Notes: generated by a model not told the origin, from the sequence alone. Shown: positions 9,561 through 19,108, counted from the stretch's first letter. The stretch is 64,000 nucleotides of DNA from Desulfosoma sp. (GCA_037481835.1 JBBFKW010000002.1:64001-128000); one strand, 5' to 3'. Made by a program: numbers and translations.

Positions 9561-11983
9561 GATGCCCCCCCGTCCTTTTCCATCATCTGGGGAGTGGGCG
9601 GCTGCAGCCTGAGGGAGTCCAGTTTCTGCTTGGCCGCGGTTTTCCACAGCTTCTTGGGGGACTGAAGCAGTTCCGCGAGGATTTTTTCCGCTTGGTCTTT
9701 CCGGCCTTCTTTGAGCAGCAGGACAGCCTTCTGGTACGTGAGCTGGTTGCGCAAATCGTCCGACTGCACCTTGGCGATCCCCAGGTCCAGCAACCGGACG
9801 GCTTGGTCATACTGGCGGTCTTTCTCGCGCACCCGACTGGCCTTGAGGCTCAACGCGACGAGGAGCGACGGGTCCTTCCAGTCGGATCGGTCGAGGCAGC
9901 GTTCGGCCCACGGCATGGCGGCGTCTTCTTTTCCCGTTTCCAAGTAACTGAGCGCGAGCATGGCCGCCAGATCCGTGGGGCAGTGATCCGGGCCGCCCCG
10001 CTGTTTGGCGAGACCTTCCACGGAACGGATCACGGAGGCGTAATCTTTCTGGGAAAAGGCGATCCGGGCCAAAAGTTCGTCTTTGGCGTCCCTAAGAGAG
10101 CCGTCGGTGACGGCCAGGCACAGGGATTTGGCTTTGTCCACCTGCCCCATTTCATAGGCCGTGCGGGCCACGGCCAGCTTCCACAGATCCTTGGGGTCCT
10201 TTTGCGCCAGGAATTCGTAGAGCGCCATGGCATCGGGACAGTACCCTAAGGATTCATAAGCCTGGGCGACGCAGGATAGAGCTTCCAGCCCGTCGTCCTC
10301 CTGGAACGCGAAGGGATCTTCTCCGTAGAGGTCGATGACTCCCTTGGCGTCCCCCGCTTCAAAGCGCTTCTTGACAAGAGAGTGAAGAACCTTCTGGCGG
10401 AGCCGGCGTAGGTCGTCATAGACAGGCGCCTTGTCGGCGGACTTCAAGGCGGCGTCGATCCGCTGCAGGCTCAGTTCCGCCTGCCCCGCGAGGTAGTCCC
10501 CGTAGGCCAGCTTGAACTGCACGAAATGCTTGAGCGGTCCCGCCAGCGGCCGGGATTCCAAGTCCTTGTAAATTTTAAAAGCCTCTTCCTGCAGTTCGCC
10601 GCCTTGGGATTCGTAGTATTCGGCCTTTCGAAGCCGCCCGATGAGATCCCCCTCGGAATCGGGGTAATGGACTTGGATGTGTGCATAGAGTTTATCGGCT
10701 TGAGCTCGGTTTCCCTCGTGAAGGTAACTTTCGGCGATCCGTGCCAGGACGATGTCCTTGTCCGGGATGTCCGGGGCCAGGTTGAGGTAGCGAATGAGCG
10801 AGGTCCGGCTCGCTGCGAAATCCTTCAGAGCGAACGCCGCTTCCCCGATCGTTCTCAAGATTTCGGGTTGTTGCAGGTAGGCGTCGGGATGGGCCTCCGT
10901 GAGGCGCTTGAGAATGTCCAAGGCTTCGGACGCTTTTCCTGCCCGGACATAGACTTGGGCCGTGCCCAGGCGCGATCGGATGAAGTCGTCGGGTTTCAAG
11001 GGAAACTTGTCCGCTTCCTGAAAAGCCTTGAGCGCCTCCAAGGGGTTGCCGCGCGCGGCATGGATTTCGCCCAACCGAATCCAAGCCCGGGCGGTGCTTT
11101 CGTCGCGGGGATGCTCGTCGATAAGACGCTGGTAGTAGCGCTCGGCCTTTTTCACATCACCGGCCTTATCCAAGACCTCGGCCGAGCGCAGCAAGGCCAA
11201 AGGCCGGCGCGGGTTTTGCGGATCTTTCTGCACGGCCTTTTGGTATGCGGCGACGATCTGTTCGGCGGTTTCCGGAAGAGCCCCTTTGAGCCCTTCGTAC
11301 GTCATGTCTGCAATGTCGAAAGGAGATCCAACCTCGATGGGTCGAACGATTCTCTTGGCATGGACTCCGGGTTCTTTGTCTTTGGAAGATTTTTCCAATG
11401 AGGGGCCTTCAGAGCGGGGCGCCGTCGTCGGGTCGGGTGCCGCCCCTTGGGCGGAGGCCGTCGCATCGCCGGGCACGGACGCTGCGGACGCGAGAGAGGA
11501 TGAAGATGCTTCGCTTTTTGATTCGGCGGGTGACTGCGCCTGGAGTTTTTCCGGTTCTTTAAACCGCAGCGCGCTCACGCCGGGCAACCCGAAGTCGATG
11601 ACCACGCGATAGCCGTCTTGACGGTGCTGCTCATCTTCCAGGGTGAAAACTTTAGCCTGCGTCATGTCTTCTTTGAGAAAAACCCTGAGCTGGGGCTCCG
11701 GACCGTCCTTTTGAAGGAGAAGTTTTTGGATCTTTCCCCGAGGGGTTCGAGGAAGGATCTTGCGGGTCTCGGGGCTTTCCAGCGCGCCGAAAGAGATGGC
11801 CCATTGGCGATCCGCGAGGCGGGAGACCGCGATCGGTCGATCGCCCGTGCACTGCACCACAAGGCGCGTGTGTGTGGGATGAAGGCCGATGCGCACCTCC
11901 TGGAGCACGGTCGCCCCCCAGGCCGGAAAAGCAAGGAAGACGTTCAGGAAAATGACGGCAGCCCGCATCCTTTTTCGGTTCAT
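9557..11983 (-). CDS. Exported AMIN-domain plus tetratricopeptide-repeat protein
   Basis: Signal peptide MNRKRMRAAVIFLNVFLAFPAWG; AMIN-like VRIGLHPTHTRLVV...YRVVIDF; S/A/P-rich linker; many TPR-like helices. Start placed at ATG 11983. Confidence 0.8.
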   Translation of the reverse strand: MNRKRMRAAVIFLNVFLAFPAWGATVLQEVRIGLHPTHTRLVVQCTGDRPIAVSRLADRQWAISFGALESPETRKILPRTPRGKIQKLLLQKDGPEPQLRVFLKEDMTQAKVFTLEDEQHRQDGYRVVIDFGLPGVSALRFKEPEKLQAQSPAESKSEASSSSLASAASVPGDATASAQGAAPDPTTAPRSEGPSLEKSSKDKEPGVHAKRIVRPIEVGSPFDIADMTYEGLKGALPETAEQIVAAYQKAVQKDPQNPRRPLALLRSAEVLDKAGDVKKAERYYQRLIDEHPRDESTARAWIRLGEIHAARGNPLEALKAFQEADKFPLKPDDFIRSRLGTAQVYVRAGKASEALDILKRLTEAHPDAYLQQPEILRTIGEAAFALKDFAASRTSLIRYLNLAPDIPDKDIVLARIAESYLHEGNRAQADKLYAHIQVHYPDSEGDLIGRLRKAEYYESQGGELQEEAFKIYKDLESRPLAGPLKHFVQFKLAYGDYLAGQAELSLQRIDAALKSADKAPVYDDLRRLRQKVLHSLVKKRFEAGDAKGVIDLYGEDPFAFQEDDGLEALSCVAQAYESLGYCPDAMALYEFLAQKDPKDLWKLAVARTAYEMGQVDKAKSLCLAVTDGSLRDAKDELLARIAFSQKDYASVIRSVEGLAKQRGGPDHCPTDLAAMLALSYLETGKEDAAMPWAERCLDRSDWKDPSLLVALSLKASRVREKDRQYDQAVRLLDLGIAKVQSDDLRNQLTYQKAVLLLKEGRKDQAEKILAELLQSPKKLWKTAAKQKLDSLRLQPPTPQMMEKDGGAS

Positions 11984-12145
11984 GGCGCTCCGTCCTCTGT
12001 AAGGATTCCCCGCATCCAGGGTTTTCACAAAAAGGGCCAGCCCCCGGCCGCTCGGGCTGTTCGGCGAAGCATCCCCGGCCGTCGGCGCCCATTGCGCTTC
12101 TCTAGGGCGAAAAGCTTGCAGCCTTGTGGATCCCTGCACCAATTT

Positions 12146-12161
12146 AGCAACGGGCATACCA
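12146..12161 (-). promoter_or_regulatory. sigma54 -24/-12 promoter upstream of the AMIN-TPR gene
   Basis: Minus strand reads TGGTATGCCCGTTGCT. Confidence 0.72.
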
Positions 12162-12382
12162 ATCCTAAGGCGAAGGCGGAGCGGCCTTGGACGCCATCCG
12201 CATGGCCGGCAGGCCCGCTTCCAGCCAAGGGTTCGTTCGCTGTGCTCCTCTACAAGGACACGGCGGCGCCGAACGACGGAGACCGTCTTTTGGTCCCTTG
12301 CTTCGCGTGGAGGAGCCTGTCCGAAATCGTGAGCCGGAGGGGGGCTTGGCGCGGGACCGAGGTGTTCCGTCCAGCCGGGAGG

Positions 12383-12562
12383 GTGTTGGGGTTCGCTGGG
12401 ATGCAAACCCCAACACGATTCCAAGGGTTTCCACCACCTGAGACCGAGATGTAGGTTGGGGTGAGCGCAGCGAACCCCAACACGAATGGCCGCATTTCCA
12501 GCAAATTATTGACTCTCGCTTGCGCGGGAGTGACGGCCTGAGGCGCTTTCGGACACGCCCCT
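12383..12562. repeat. REP-like palindrome cluster
   Basis: Hairpin GTGTTGGGGTT..AACCCCAACAC (12383-12416); GTAGGTTGGGGTGAGCGCAGCGAACCCCAAC (12451-12481); GACTCTCGCTTGCGCGGGAGT (~12511-12531). Homologous, inverted, to ~14960-15069. Confidence 0.8.
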
Positions 12563-12641
12563 TGGCCTTGCCTGCGGGGGAAAAACGGCGATCCCCTTGG
12601 GGCAACGTGCAGATTGTCAAGAAAATGACGATGGGAAGGGC

Positions 12642-12667
12642 GGTCTCGGGGCCAAGGCCCCGAGACC
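12642..12667 (-). terminator. Hairpin downstream of the U32 gene (putative terminator)
   Basis: GGTCTCGGGGCC-AA-GGCCCCGAGACC inverted repeat about 17 bp after the stop; no clear U-tract. Confidence 0.5.
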
Positions 12668-12683
12668 CTGAGGAAAGGCGGCT

Positions 12684-13715
12684 TTAGGCGTAAAGGCCTT
12701 TGATGTGGCGGTGGAGTTCGCGGGTTTTTTCCATGCGGGCGCGATCCCGGTCCAGGGCGATGGCGTTCAGTTCCTCTTGGAGCGGCACGAGCGCGGGATC
12801 ATCATGGGGCTTTCCCGCACGATGGGCGTCGATCATGGCACGGTAAAGAGCGATCATCCGGCTGATGAGGCTCACCGCGTATTCGCGTCCCTGGACCTTG
12901 AGCGTGGTCAGGCCCAGGTCCATGTAGTCCCACAGTTCCTTGCCGTTGATGGCGAAGGCCACGTTGGGGTGGCGGCGGATCCGATCGTTGATGCTTTGAA
13001 TTTCCTGGTCGCTTCGGCCGCGCTTTTTCAGCACCTTTTCCCTTTGTTCGTCCGTCAAAAGGCACAGGCGGAAGCAACTGCCGCTTCGGTCCGGCCAGCC
13101 TTCGTATTCTACGATTTCGTTGCCGTCTTCATCGTAATAAATCTTCTTGATGTAGGAATCGCTGATGAGCTCGTGGAAACTGCAGTTGCCCACGCCGCCG
13201 ACGCAGCGATTGCCGTGGATGAGCACTTCCGTGCCCACCCCTTCCGCATCGGCGTCCGCCTTGAAGCGGCGGAGCTTTTCCACTGTATTGATTTCCGTGC
13301 TCGCGACAATCTGGTGCACGCCGTAAGCCTTGTATTGGGCGATTTGGGACCGGGTCTGGATGTTGCACCCCACGCTGGCGTGGATGACCAATTCCGGGAA
13401 ATTTTGAGCGACCATCTGCATGACCGCCGGGGTTTTGACGATGATACCCTCCGCGCCCCATGCGGCGTACTTGGCGATCTTTTTCATGGCGAGCATGAAT
13501 TTTTCTTCGGGGATTTCCGCATTGAGCGCCACGCGGATTTTTCCTTTGAACGGCTTGGCGACTTCGACGGCCTCCCGGATTTGGGAATCTTCCATTTCCC
13601 ACGCGCACTTTCTGCGGCTGAACCCTTTGGATCCCACATAGACTGCATCGGCGCCGTTCTTGAGCACGCCTTCCACCATTTCAAGACTGCCACCCGGGGC
13701 CAGCAGTTCGTTCAT
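12684..13715 (-). CDS. Peptidase U32 family Fe-S protein (UbiU/TrhP/RlhA-like)
   Basis: [30 protein letters not shown], Cys motif CVGGVGNC...CFRLC, LKVQGRE. AGGAGG RBS before ATG 13715. Confidence 0.88.
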   Translation of the reverse strand: MNELLAPGGSLEMVEGVLKNGADAVYVGSKGFSRRKCAWEMEDSQIREAVEVAKPFKGKIRVALNAEIPEEKFMLAMKKIAKYAAWGAEGIIVKTPAVMQMVAQNFPELVIHASVGCNIQTRSQIAQYKAYGVHQIVASTEINTVEKLRRFKADADAEGVGTEVLIHGNRCVGGVGNCSFHELISDSYIKKIYYDEDGNEIVEYEGWPDRSGSCFRLCLLTDEQREKVLKKRGRSDQEIQSINDRIRRHPNVAFAINGKELWDYMDLGLTTLKVQGREYAVSLISRMIALYRAMIDAHRAGKPHDDPALVPLQEELNAIALDRDRARMEKTRELHRHIKGLYA

Positions 13716-14120
13716 AGGGGCCTCCTTTGACCAATGACTGCCGCTCGCACTGAAAGAGAGCAGGACATGACGGTTGGTTTTCATCCTAATGAAATGGCTC
13801 GCCGAACGCAAGACCCTCATGGTTGCTCCAACCGTCTGCGCACCGAAGAAAATAGGGCTTGCCCATAAAGCTTTGGACAGTGTAAGCGATCCTGCGACAA
13901 GGATGGACTTCATGGGCGATGGCTAAGAAAGGCTCGGTGGGCCGCCAAGGAGCGCTTGAACTTTCTTTCCTCGGATCGGGGCGAACCGGCACGCGGGATT
14001 TCCAGCGCGCCGAGCCCGCTTCACGGCGGGACCGTTCCCGGGGTGAAGAAATGCCTGCCAGTTTCGGGCTTGCGCCCGAACGGAAATCCATGGGAGGAAA
14101 AAACTACGAGGAGGCAGCCG

Positions 14121-14822
14121 ATGAAAAGGACGATACGGCGTTGGATCCCGGCAGTTGTCGCGGCAGCCGTCGTGTTTTTCGCAACGATCCCTTCGGCCAA
14201 GGCCCTGAACGCTCCGGAGGCGCTCGTGGAGCGGGCCCGCGTGACGCTGGACAGCTTGACCTCCGATCCCAACTTTTCCTGGCTTAAGAACTACCTTCGA
14301 TACGCCCGCGGCGTGCTCATCGTTCCTCAGTTTTTCAAAGGGGGTTTCATTTTTGGGGGATCGGGCGGCTCCGGTGTTTTTCTCGCACGGGACCCCCAAA
14401 CCGGCGCATGGAGCGAGCCCGTTTTCTACACCATGGGCGGCGGAAGCATCGGCTTGCAGATCGGCGCCAGCGCGGCGGAAGTGATCCTCATGGTCCGGAC
14501 CGATCGAGGGGTTGAGGCCTTTTATTCTTCCACATTCAAACTCGGCGCGGACGCTTCGGCCGCCGTAGGCCCCGTGGGGATGAGCATGGAAGGATCCACC
14601 CCCCATAACCTGAGCGCCGATATCCTCTCGTTTGCCAAAGCCAAAGGCCTCTATGCCGGCATCTCTCTCGAGGGCGCCGTCCTCAAGGTTCGAGACGATT
14701 GGAACCTCGAATACTACGGCAAGGCTGTCGGCCCGATGGACATTATCATCCGAAAAGCGGTGAGCAACCCTCGATCGGTGCCCCTTCAGCAGCGCCTGGA
14801 GGCCATCGCTTCGGGGCGCTGA
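14121..14822 (+). CDS. Exported lipid-binding SYLF/Ysc84 domain protein
   Basis: Signal peptide; KGGFIFGGSGGSGV, WSEP, GGSIGLQIG, KGLYAGISLEG; GAGGAGG RBS. Confidence 0.9.
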   Translation: MKRTIRRWIPAVVAAAVVFFATIPSAKALNAPEALVERARVTLDSLTSDPNFSWLKNYLRYARGVLIVPQFFKGGFIFGGSGGSGVFLARDPQTGAWSEPVFYTMGGGSIGLQIGASAAEVILMVRTDRGVEAFYSSTFKLGADASAAVGPVGMSMEGSTPHNLSADILSFAKAKGLYAGISLEGAVLKVRDDWNLEYYGKAVGPMDIIIRKAVSNPRSVPLQQRLEAIASGR

Positions 14823-14852
14823 GCGCCCCCACGGGCCCGCCCCGACAGGTTC

Positions 14853-14959
14853 CCAGGCGCTTGTCCGAGAATGCCGATTTTGGTGCTTTATGGCATCCTA
14901 ACTATCTGAATTTACGTTGCTCAGATCGGCAAGAATCGAGTTCTCAGACAGCCTCCCAG
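14853..14959 (-). mobile_element. MITE copy 1 (99 bp, 14857-14955, flanked by CCAG repeats)
   Basis: Reverse complement of 40561-40659 with 3 mismatches by eye. Imperfect 15-bp TIRs. Directly followed by a second end GCGCTTGTCCGAGAA. Confidence 0.85.
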
Positions 14960-15069
14960 GCGCTTGTCCGAGAACTCCGCAAACCGCCCCTCCCGCGCAG
15001 GCGGGAGTCCATCACCTCATTGAAATCCAGAAATTCATGTTGGGGTTCGCTGCGCTCACGCCAACCTAC
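14960..15069 (-). repeat. MITE-like end plus REP-like palindromes
   Basis: CTCCCGCGCAGGCGGGAG palindrome and the reverse complement of GTAGGTTGGCGTGAGCGCAGCGAACCCCAAC (15039-15069). Confidence 0.8.
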
Positions 15070-15175
15070 GGGTTGGCGTTCCAGGTTGGCTCGATCCGGT
15101 GTCATGCGGAAGGCGAGCCGCGTTCTCCAGTCCAGGGGCTTAGAGAAGCATTTCAGCCGGCCCGACGAAGGCCGT

Positions 15176-16696
15176 TCAGGGAACCACCTGGAATCCGGGG
15201 GGGAGAGCATTCCGGACGAGGTCGGCGATCCAAGTGTGCTCGTCTTGGAAACGGGCTTCATCGAGGGGTGACGCGTACCGGGAGGCGCCGCTGCTCGTCA
15301 GGCGGACGATATCCTCGGTCCAGGGCATGTCCCTTTCCAGGAAAAAGGATTTGAGCATGGCATTGAGCCGTTTCGAGGACACCCGGCTTCCGCTCTCTCG
15401 AACAAACCACCGCCTCGGCGCATACTGCCGCCGGTTTTCCAGGGCTTCGGCGATGGCATGCAGAAGGCACGCATCGGGCACGGCCGCTCCGGTTTCCGCG
15501 TTGAAGATCTCCGGCCGCATCCCCGCCATGGAGGCACTTGCGATGCAGGGAATATCGGAACGGAAATATTCCATCACGGCACGGCAGGCGTTTTCGTAGA
15601 GGGACAAGTGGACGCCGAGACGGCAGCGCGCCAAGAGGCCGGGAACATCGGATCGGCGCACGTTGGCGCGCACGGTGATCCGATGGTTCAAGGAGCGATC
15701 CGCGACGTAGCGCTGGAAAAGAGCCACGTTGTCCGGGCGTCCCCGTCCGAGAAAAAGCGCCGTTGTGCCGGAAAGCTCGGGTTGAGTGAGGAGATCCAGC
15801 ATGAAGGTGTGGCGCTTTCGCGCCATGTCGTCGAAAGTGGCGTTGAAGACGATGTGGAAATCTTTCGGCCCTTCTGCCGGCACCACGGGAAGGTCTTCCA
15901 AAAAATCGCCGTGGGCCAGGGGGACGGAGACAGCACCGTCCTGGGTTGCAAGAAATGCAGCATCTTCGGGGCCACCCACGCCGAACAGGCACGGTTCCTC
16001 CAGGGCGCAAAAGTAACGCCACCAGCTGTGCCGCCACACCACGCCCATGGGAGGTTCCACAAAGAGGACGAACCGCCGGCTGATCCGGGAAAGAATCTCG
16101 GCGTCTGTCAGGAGGTAAGGCAGGGAAAAGAGGCGAAGGACGCCTTTTTCCCCATCCTTCTTGGGCTTCTTGAGGATTTGGATGAAATGGCGGACTCTGA
16201 AGATCCGATCAGCCTTATCGCGCCGCTTCCAATCCAGCTTTTTCCGTTCTTTTCGGAAAAAATCCGTAAGTTCCGAAATGGCGGAGGACGTTTTTCCCCC
16301 GTTGGAGCCGTTCTCGGCCCATGGAAAACGGGAAAGACCCGAGGGCTCTTTCGGAGAGGAAGTAAGATTCTGCCACGATGTCAGCCGACGCCATTGGCCG
16401 GGGTAGGGAAGGAGTGCGAGGGTCAAGCGCGCGTGCTCCCGCGCGGCCGGGTGGGGGGCGTCGGCGGCCAGCCGTTCCAAATGGGAAGCCGTGCGGCGCA
16501 GCCACGCGTAGGGGGCTCCCAGACCCGGGCCGGCTTCCAATCGGGGCCGGTGCCAAACAGTGAGTGCATCCAGAGCCCGCCACAGATCCCGGCGTAACTT
16601 CCCATGTTCGCCCGGCGTTTTTTCGCTCTCGAAAAAACCCGACTCCAAGGCCCTTTCAAAATCTTCCAAAAGGCGCAAAGCATCCTCATAGGCCAT
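15176..16696 (-). CDS. Glycosyltransferase (GT-B, family 4-like C-terminal domain)
   Basis: C-terminal half ...RKRH, VPGLLARCRLGVHLSLYENACRAVMEYFRSDIPCI resembles the GT4 E-x7-E motif. Start placed at MAYEDAL (16696), just after the ecfT stop. Confidence 0.65.
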   Translation of the reverse strand: MAYEDALRLLEDFERALESGFFESEKTPGEHGKLRRDLWRALDALTVWHRPRLEAGPGLGAPYAWLRRTASHLERLAADAPHPAAREHARLTLALLPYPGQWRRLTSWQNLTSSPKEPSGLSRFPWAENGSNGGKTSSAISELTDFFRKERKKLDWKRRDKADRIFRVRHFIQILKKPKKDGEKGVLRLFSLPYLLTDAEILSRISRRFVLFVEPPMGVVWRHSWWRYFCALEEPCLFGVGGPEDAAFLATQDGAVSVPLAHGDFLEDLPVVPAEGPKDFHIVFNATFDDMARKRHTFMLDLLTQPELSGTTALFLGRGRPDNVALFQRYVADRSLNHRITVRANVRRSDVPGLLARCRLGVHLSLYENACRAVMEYFRSDIPCIASASMAGMRPEIFNAETGAAVPDACLLHAIAEALENRRQYAPRRWFVRESGSRVSSKRLNAMLKSFFLERDMPWTEDIVRLTSSGASRYASPLDEARFQDEHTWIADLVRNALPPGFQVVP

Positions 16697-16707
16697 CCGC
16701 CGATCGG

Positions 16708-17472
16708 TCACGGCAGGACTCCATGCAGGGTCGCGAGAAGTCCGAAAAGGAGCAGGCAGCTCAGCATCTCGGCCCGAGGCCACGGAGGCACCTCCACGGG
16801 AACATCGTCTCGGTACCCGCGGGCGGCCAGGGCAAGCGCCGTGGATTCCGCCCGGTCCAAGGCTTTTCGAAAAAGGGGCAGAATCACCGTTTTCATGCGC
16901 CGATACGGGTTCTTGGATCGATCGGCCAAGCGGGCCCGGCAGGCCGTGCGGATTTCTTCCAAATCATCCAGAAGCGTCGCGAACAAGCGCATGGACAATC
17001 CGGCCATGACGGCGATCCTCCGTGCGGGGACGAAGGGGAAAGGCCTCAAAACCCAGAGGACGGCTCTTTGGACTTCCGAGGTTTTGGTCGTGGCCGTAAA
17101 GAAAACGGCCCAAAGAATCATGAGCGTGATCCGCCACAAGGAGACGGCAGCCGCGGTTACGGAAGGCGGCGGAAAAACTTCGGGGAGACTCTTGGGCAGC
17201 TTTTGAAGCGATTCCCACGAGGTGGCTTGCACTAAAAAAAGGAGAATGAGGAAGGGAGCCCACGCCCGGATTGTCCGGAGCGGAAGATGCCACGGCAGAC
17301 GGGCGGCAGCCAGAAGAACGGTGAAGCCTCCCGTGACGACGCCGAAAACGACAGGTTTGCCACAAAGCAGCGCGCCGGTGACGGCAGCGATTCCGAAGAG
17401 CTTGGTGCGGGCATCCCAGCGATGGACGGCCGACGATCGTGGAATGTAGTGCAAAGCTAGTCGCACGGCCAC
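16708..17472 (-). CDS. ecfT: ECF transporter transmembrane component T (BioN/CbiQ family)
   Basis: HRWDARTKL, several TMs, conserved xRx motifs (ACRAR, LAARGY). GTG start at about 17472. Confidence 0.88.
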   Translation of the reverse strand: MAVRLALHYIPRSSAVHRWDARTKLFGIAAVTGALLCGKPVVFGVVTGGFTVLLAAARLPWHLPLRTIRAWAPFLILLFLVQATSWESLQKLPKSLPEVFPPPSVTAAAVSLWRITLMILWAVFFTATTKTSEVQRAVLWVLRPFPFVPARRIAVMAGLSMRLFATLLDDLEEIRTACRARLADRSKNPYRRMKTVILPLFRKALDRAESTALALAARGYRDDVPVEVPPWPRAEMLSCLLLFGLLATLHGVLP

Positions 17473-18203
17473 GGCATGAGCCCTTTTCCCAAGAGAACCG
17501 AACATGGGGGACGAACCCCGTAGCGGCCAAGCTCGAGCGCCACCTCCTGCGGCGGGCCTGACCGAACGAGGGTTCCCTCGCGCAGCACCAGGACCCGGTC
17601 CACGTGGGCGATGACCTTTTCCACGTCATGGGTGGAAACCACCACGGTACGGCCTTCGTCCTTCAGACGCTTCATGGCACAAAGCAGCGCGCACGCCCCG
17701 TCCCAGTCCAAATGCGTGAACGGTTCGTCGAAGAGCACGACCTGCGGGTCCATGGCCAACACTGCCGCCAGGGCGACGCGGCGCTTCTGTCCCCCCGAAA
17801 GGGCATAGCACGGCTTTTCGGCTACCTCTTCCAAGCCGAAAAAGGCCAGGCTTTGAGCCACCCGGCGTTGCCGCTCCCCTGGTGGAAGGCCCAGGTTTTC
17901 CGGGCCGAAAGCCACATCGTCGGCAACCGTTTCTCCGAGGATTTGGCTGTCCGGATCCTGAAAAACCAAGCCGACGCAGGCGCGCACCTCTTCCGGCCGG
18001 CGGGCCGCGTTCCGGCCGAAGACGGTGAGGGTTCCCCGGGTGGGCTGATACAAGCCGGCCAGCACATGGAGCAGGGTGCTCTTTCCTTGACCGTTGGCCC
18101 CGCACACAAGGACGAAGGCGGGGCACGGAATGCGAAAGCTCACGCCGCGAAGGGCTTCGGTCCCGTCGGGATAGGTAAATCCCAGGTCAACGGCCTCGAT
18201 CAT
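17457..18203 (-). CDS. ecfA: ECF transporter ATPase (BioM/CbiO family)
   Basis: GANGQGKST, VFQDPDSQ, LSGGQKRR, FDEP. ATG at 18203 overlaps the bioY stop. Confidence 0.92.
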   Translation of the reverse strand: MIEAVDLGFTYPDGTEALRGVSFRIPCPAFVLVCGANGQGKSTLLHVLAGLYQPTRGTLTVFGRNAARRPEEVRACVGLVFQDPDSQILGETVADDVAFGPENLGLPPGERQRRVAQSLAFFGLEEVAEKPCYALSGGQKRRVALAAVLAMDPQVVLFDEPFTHLDWDGACALLCAMKRLKDEGRTVVVSTHDVEKVIAHVDRVLVLREGTLVRSGPPQEVALELGRYGVRPPCSVLLGKGLMPWPCD

Positions 18204-18781
18204 GGCCGAACCGAATGCCGGGCGCAGGCCGTCTGTGGGGTCGGAGCTGTTCGCACGTGGTGAAACAGCGCCGGGCCCACGGACCAAGCCAGACCTACGG
18301 CCGCCGCCGCTTTGATGCCGTCCCCGACGAGGAACGGAAGCATGCCGACGGTGACCGCTTTGGACCACGGCATGCCCGTGACCCATTTCAGCCAGGGGAC
18401 GCCCAGGGCGTAAATCGCCAGAGAACCCACGATCACAGCGGCAACATCGAAAAGTTTGTGGGAACCCGCCCGGCTGAGCGCCCCCGTTATCCAGGCCCCG
18501 GCGACAAAGCCCGCCAGATACCCTCCCGTTGGTCCCGCCAGATGGGCCAAGCCGCCCTTGAACTGGGCGAAAACCGGAAGACCGACAGCCCCCAGAAGCA
18601 CATAGAGACTCATGGCGGCGGCGGCGCGCGCAGGACCCAAGAGCAGGCCCGAAAGCAAAACGAAAAGATTCGTCAAGACCACGGGAACAGGCCCGATGGG
18701 CACGGCGATCTGAGCGCCCACGGCGGTCAAGGCGGTCATGAGGCAGGTGAAAACCATCCAGCGCAGGGTTTCCAAGGGCAT
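18200..18781 (-). CDS. bioY: Biotin ECF S-component BioY
   Basis: GPVPVVLT, YVLLGAVGLPVFA, GPTGGYLAGF, PFLVGDGIK. Confidence 0.95.
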   Translation of the reverse strand: MPLETLRWMVFTCLMTALTAVGAQIAVPIGPVPVVLTNLFVLLSGLLLGPARAAAAMSLYVLLGAVGLPVFAQFKGGLAHLAGPTGGYLAGFVAGAWITGALSRAGSHKLFDVAAVIVGSLAIYALGVPWLKWVTGMPWSKAVTVGMLPFLVGDGIKAAAAVGLAWSVGPALFHHVRTAPTPQTACARHSVRP

Positions 18782-18851
18782 CGTTCGTTCTCCTCGTCTT
18801 CGGCTGTTGGCTTCTCATTCTCTTCTACGGCGAGAAAGGAAGAACCCCCCA

Positions 18852-18902
18852 TGGTTAACTTTCGCCGAAGGCCTGGTTAACCGAACCGATCCCGCCTGTC
18901 AA
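18852..18902 (-). promoter_or_regulatory. BirA-like operator overlapping the bioY promoter
   Basis: GGTTAACT-N14-GGTTAACC (18853-18882) resembles the BirA palindrome TGTnAACC-N14/15-GGTTnACA. Minus-strand TTGACA at 18897-18902. Confidence 0.7.
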
Positions 18903-19108
18903 GGGCGATCCCTTCGGCTCATTTCAGACCTGAACCAAGGTCGAACCCGTCGGACCTTCCCGGGCGGGGGCCCTGCGGCGTCCCTTGGACAAGATTCTAG
19001 GCAGAAGCCTCTCTTTGTGCTAAACAAGGCCCAACGGATCACGCCGTGAACCCGGGGCCGACGGGCCGGCCCCACATCCCTCGACCCCTTTGCGACAAGG
19101 AGGAATCC

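Noticed and set aside
13986..14003. CGGCACGCGGGATTTC as a sigma54 promoter for the SYLF gene
   Set aside because: The -12 element lacks TTGC at the required spacing.
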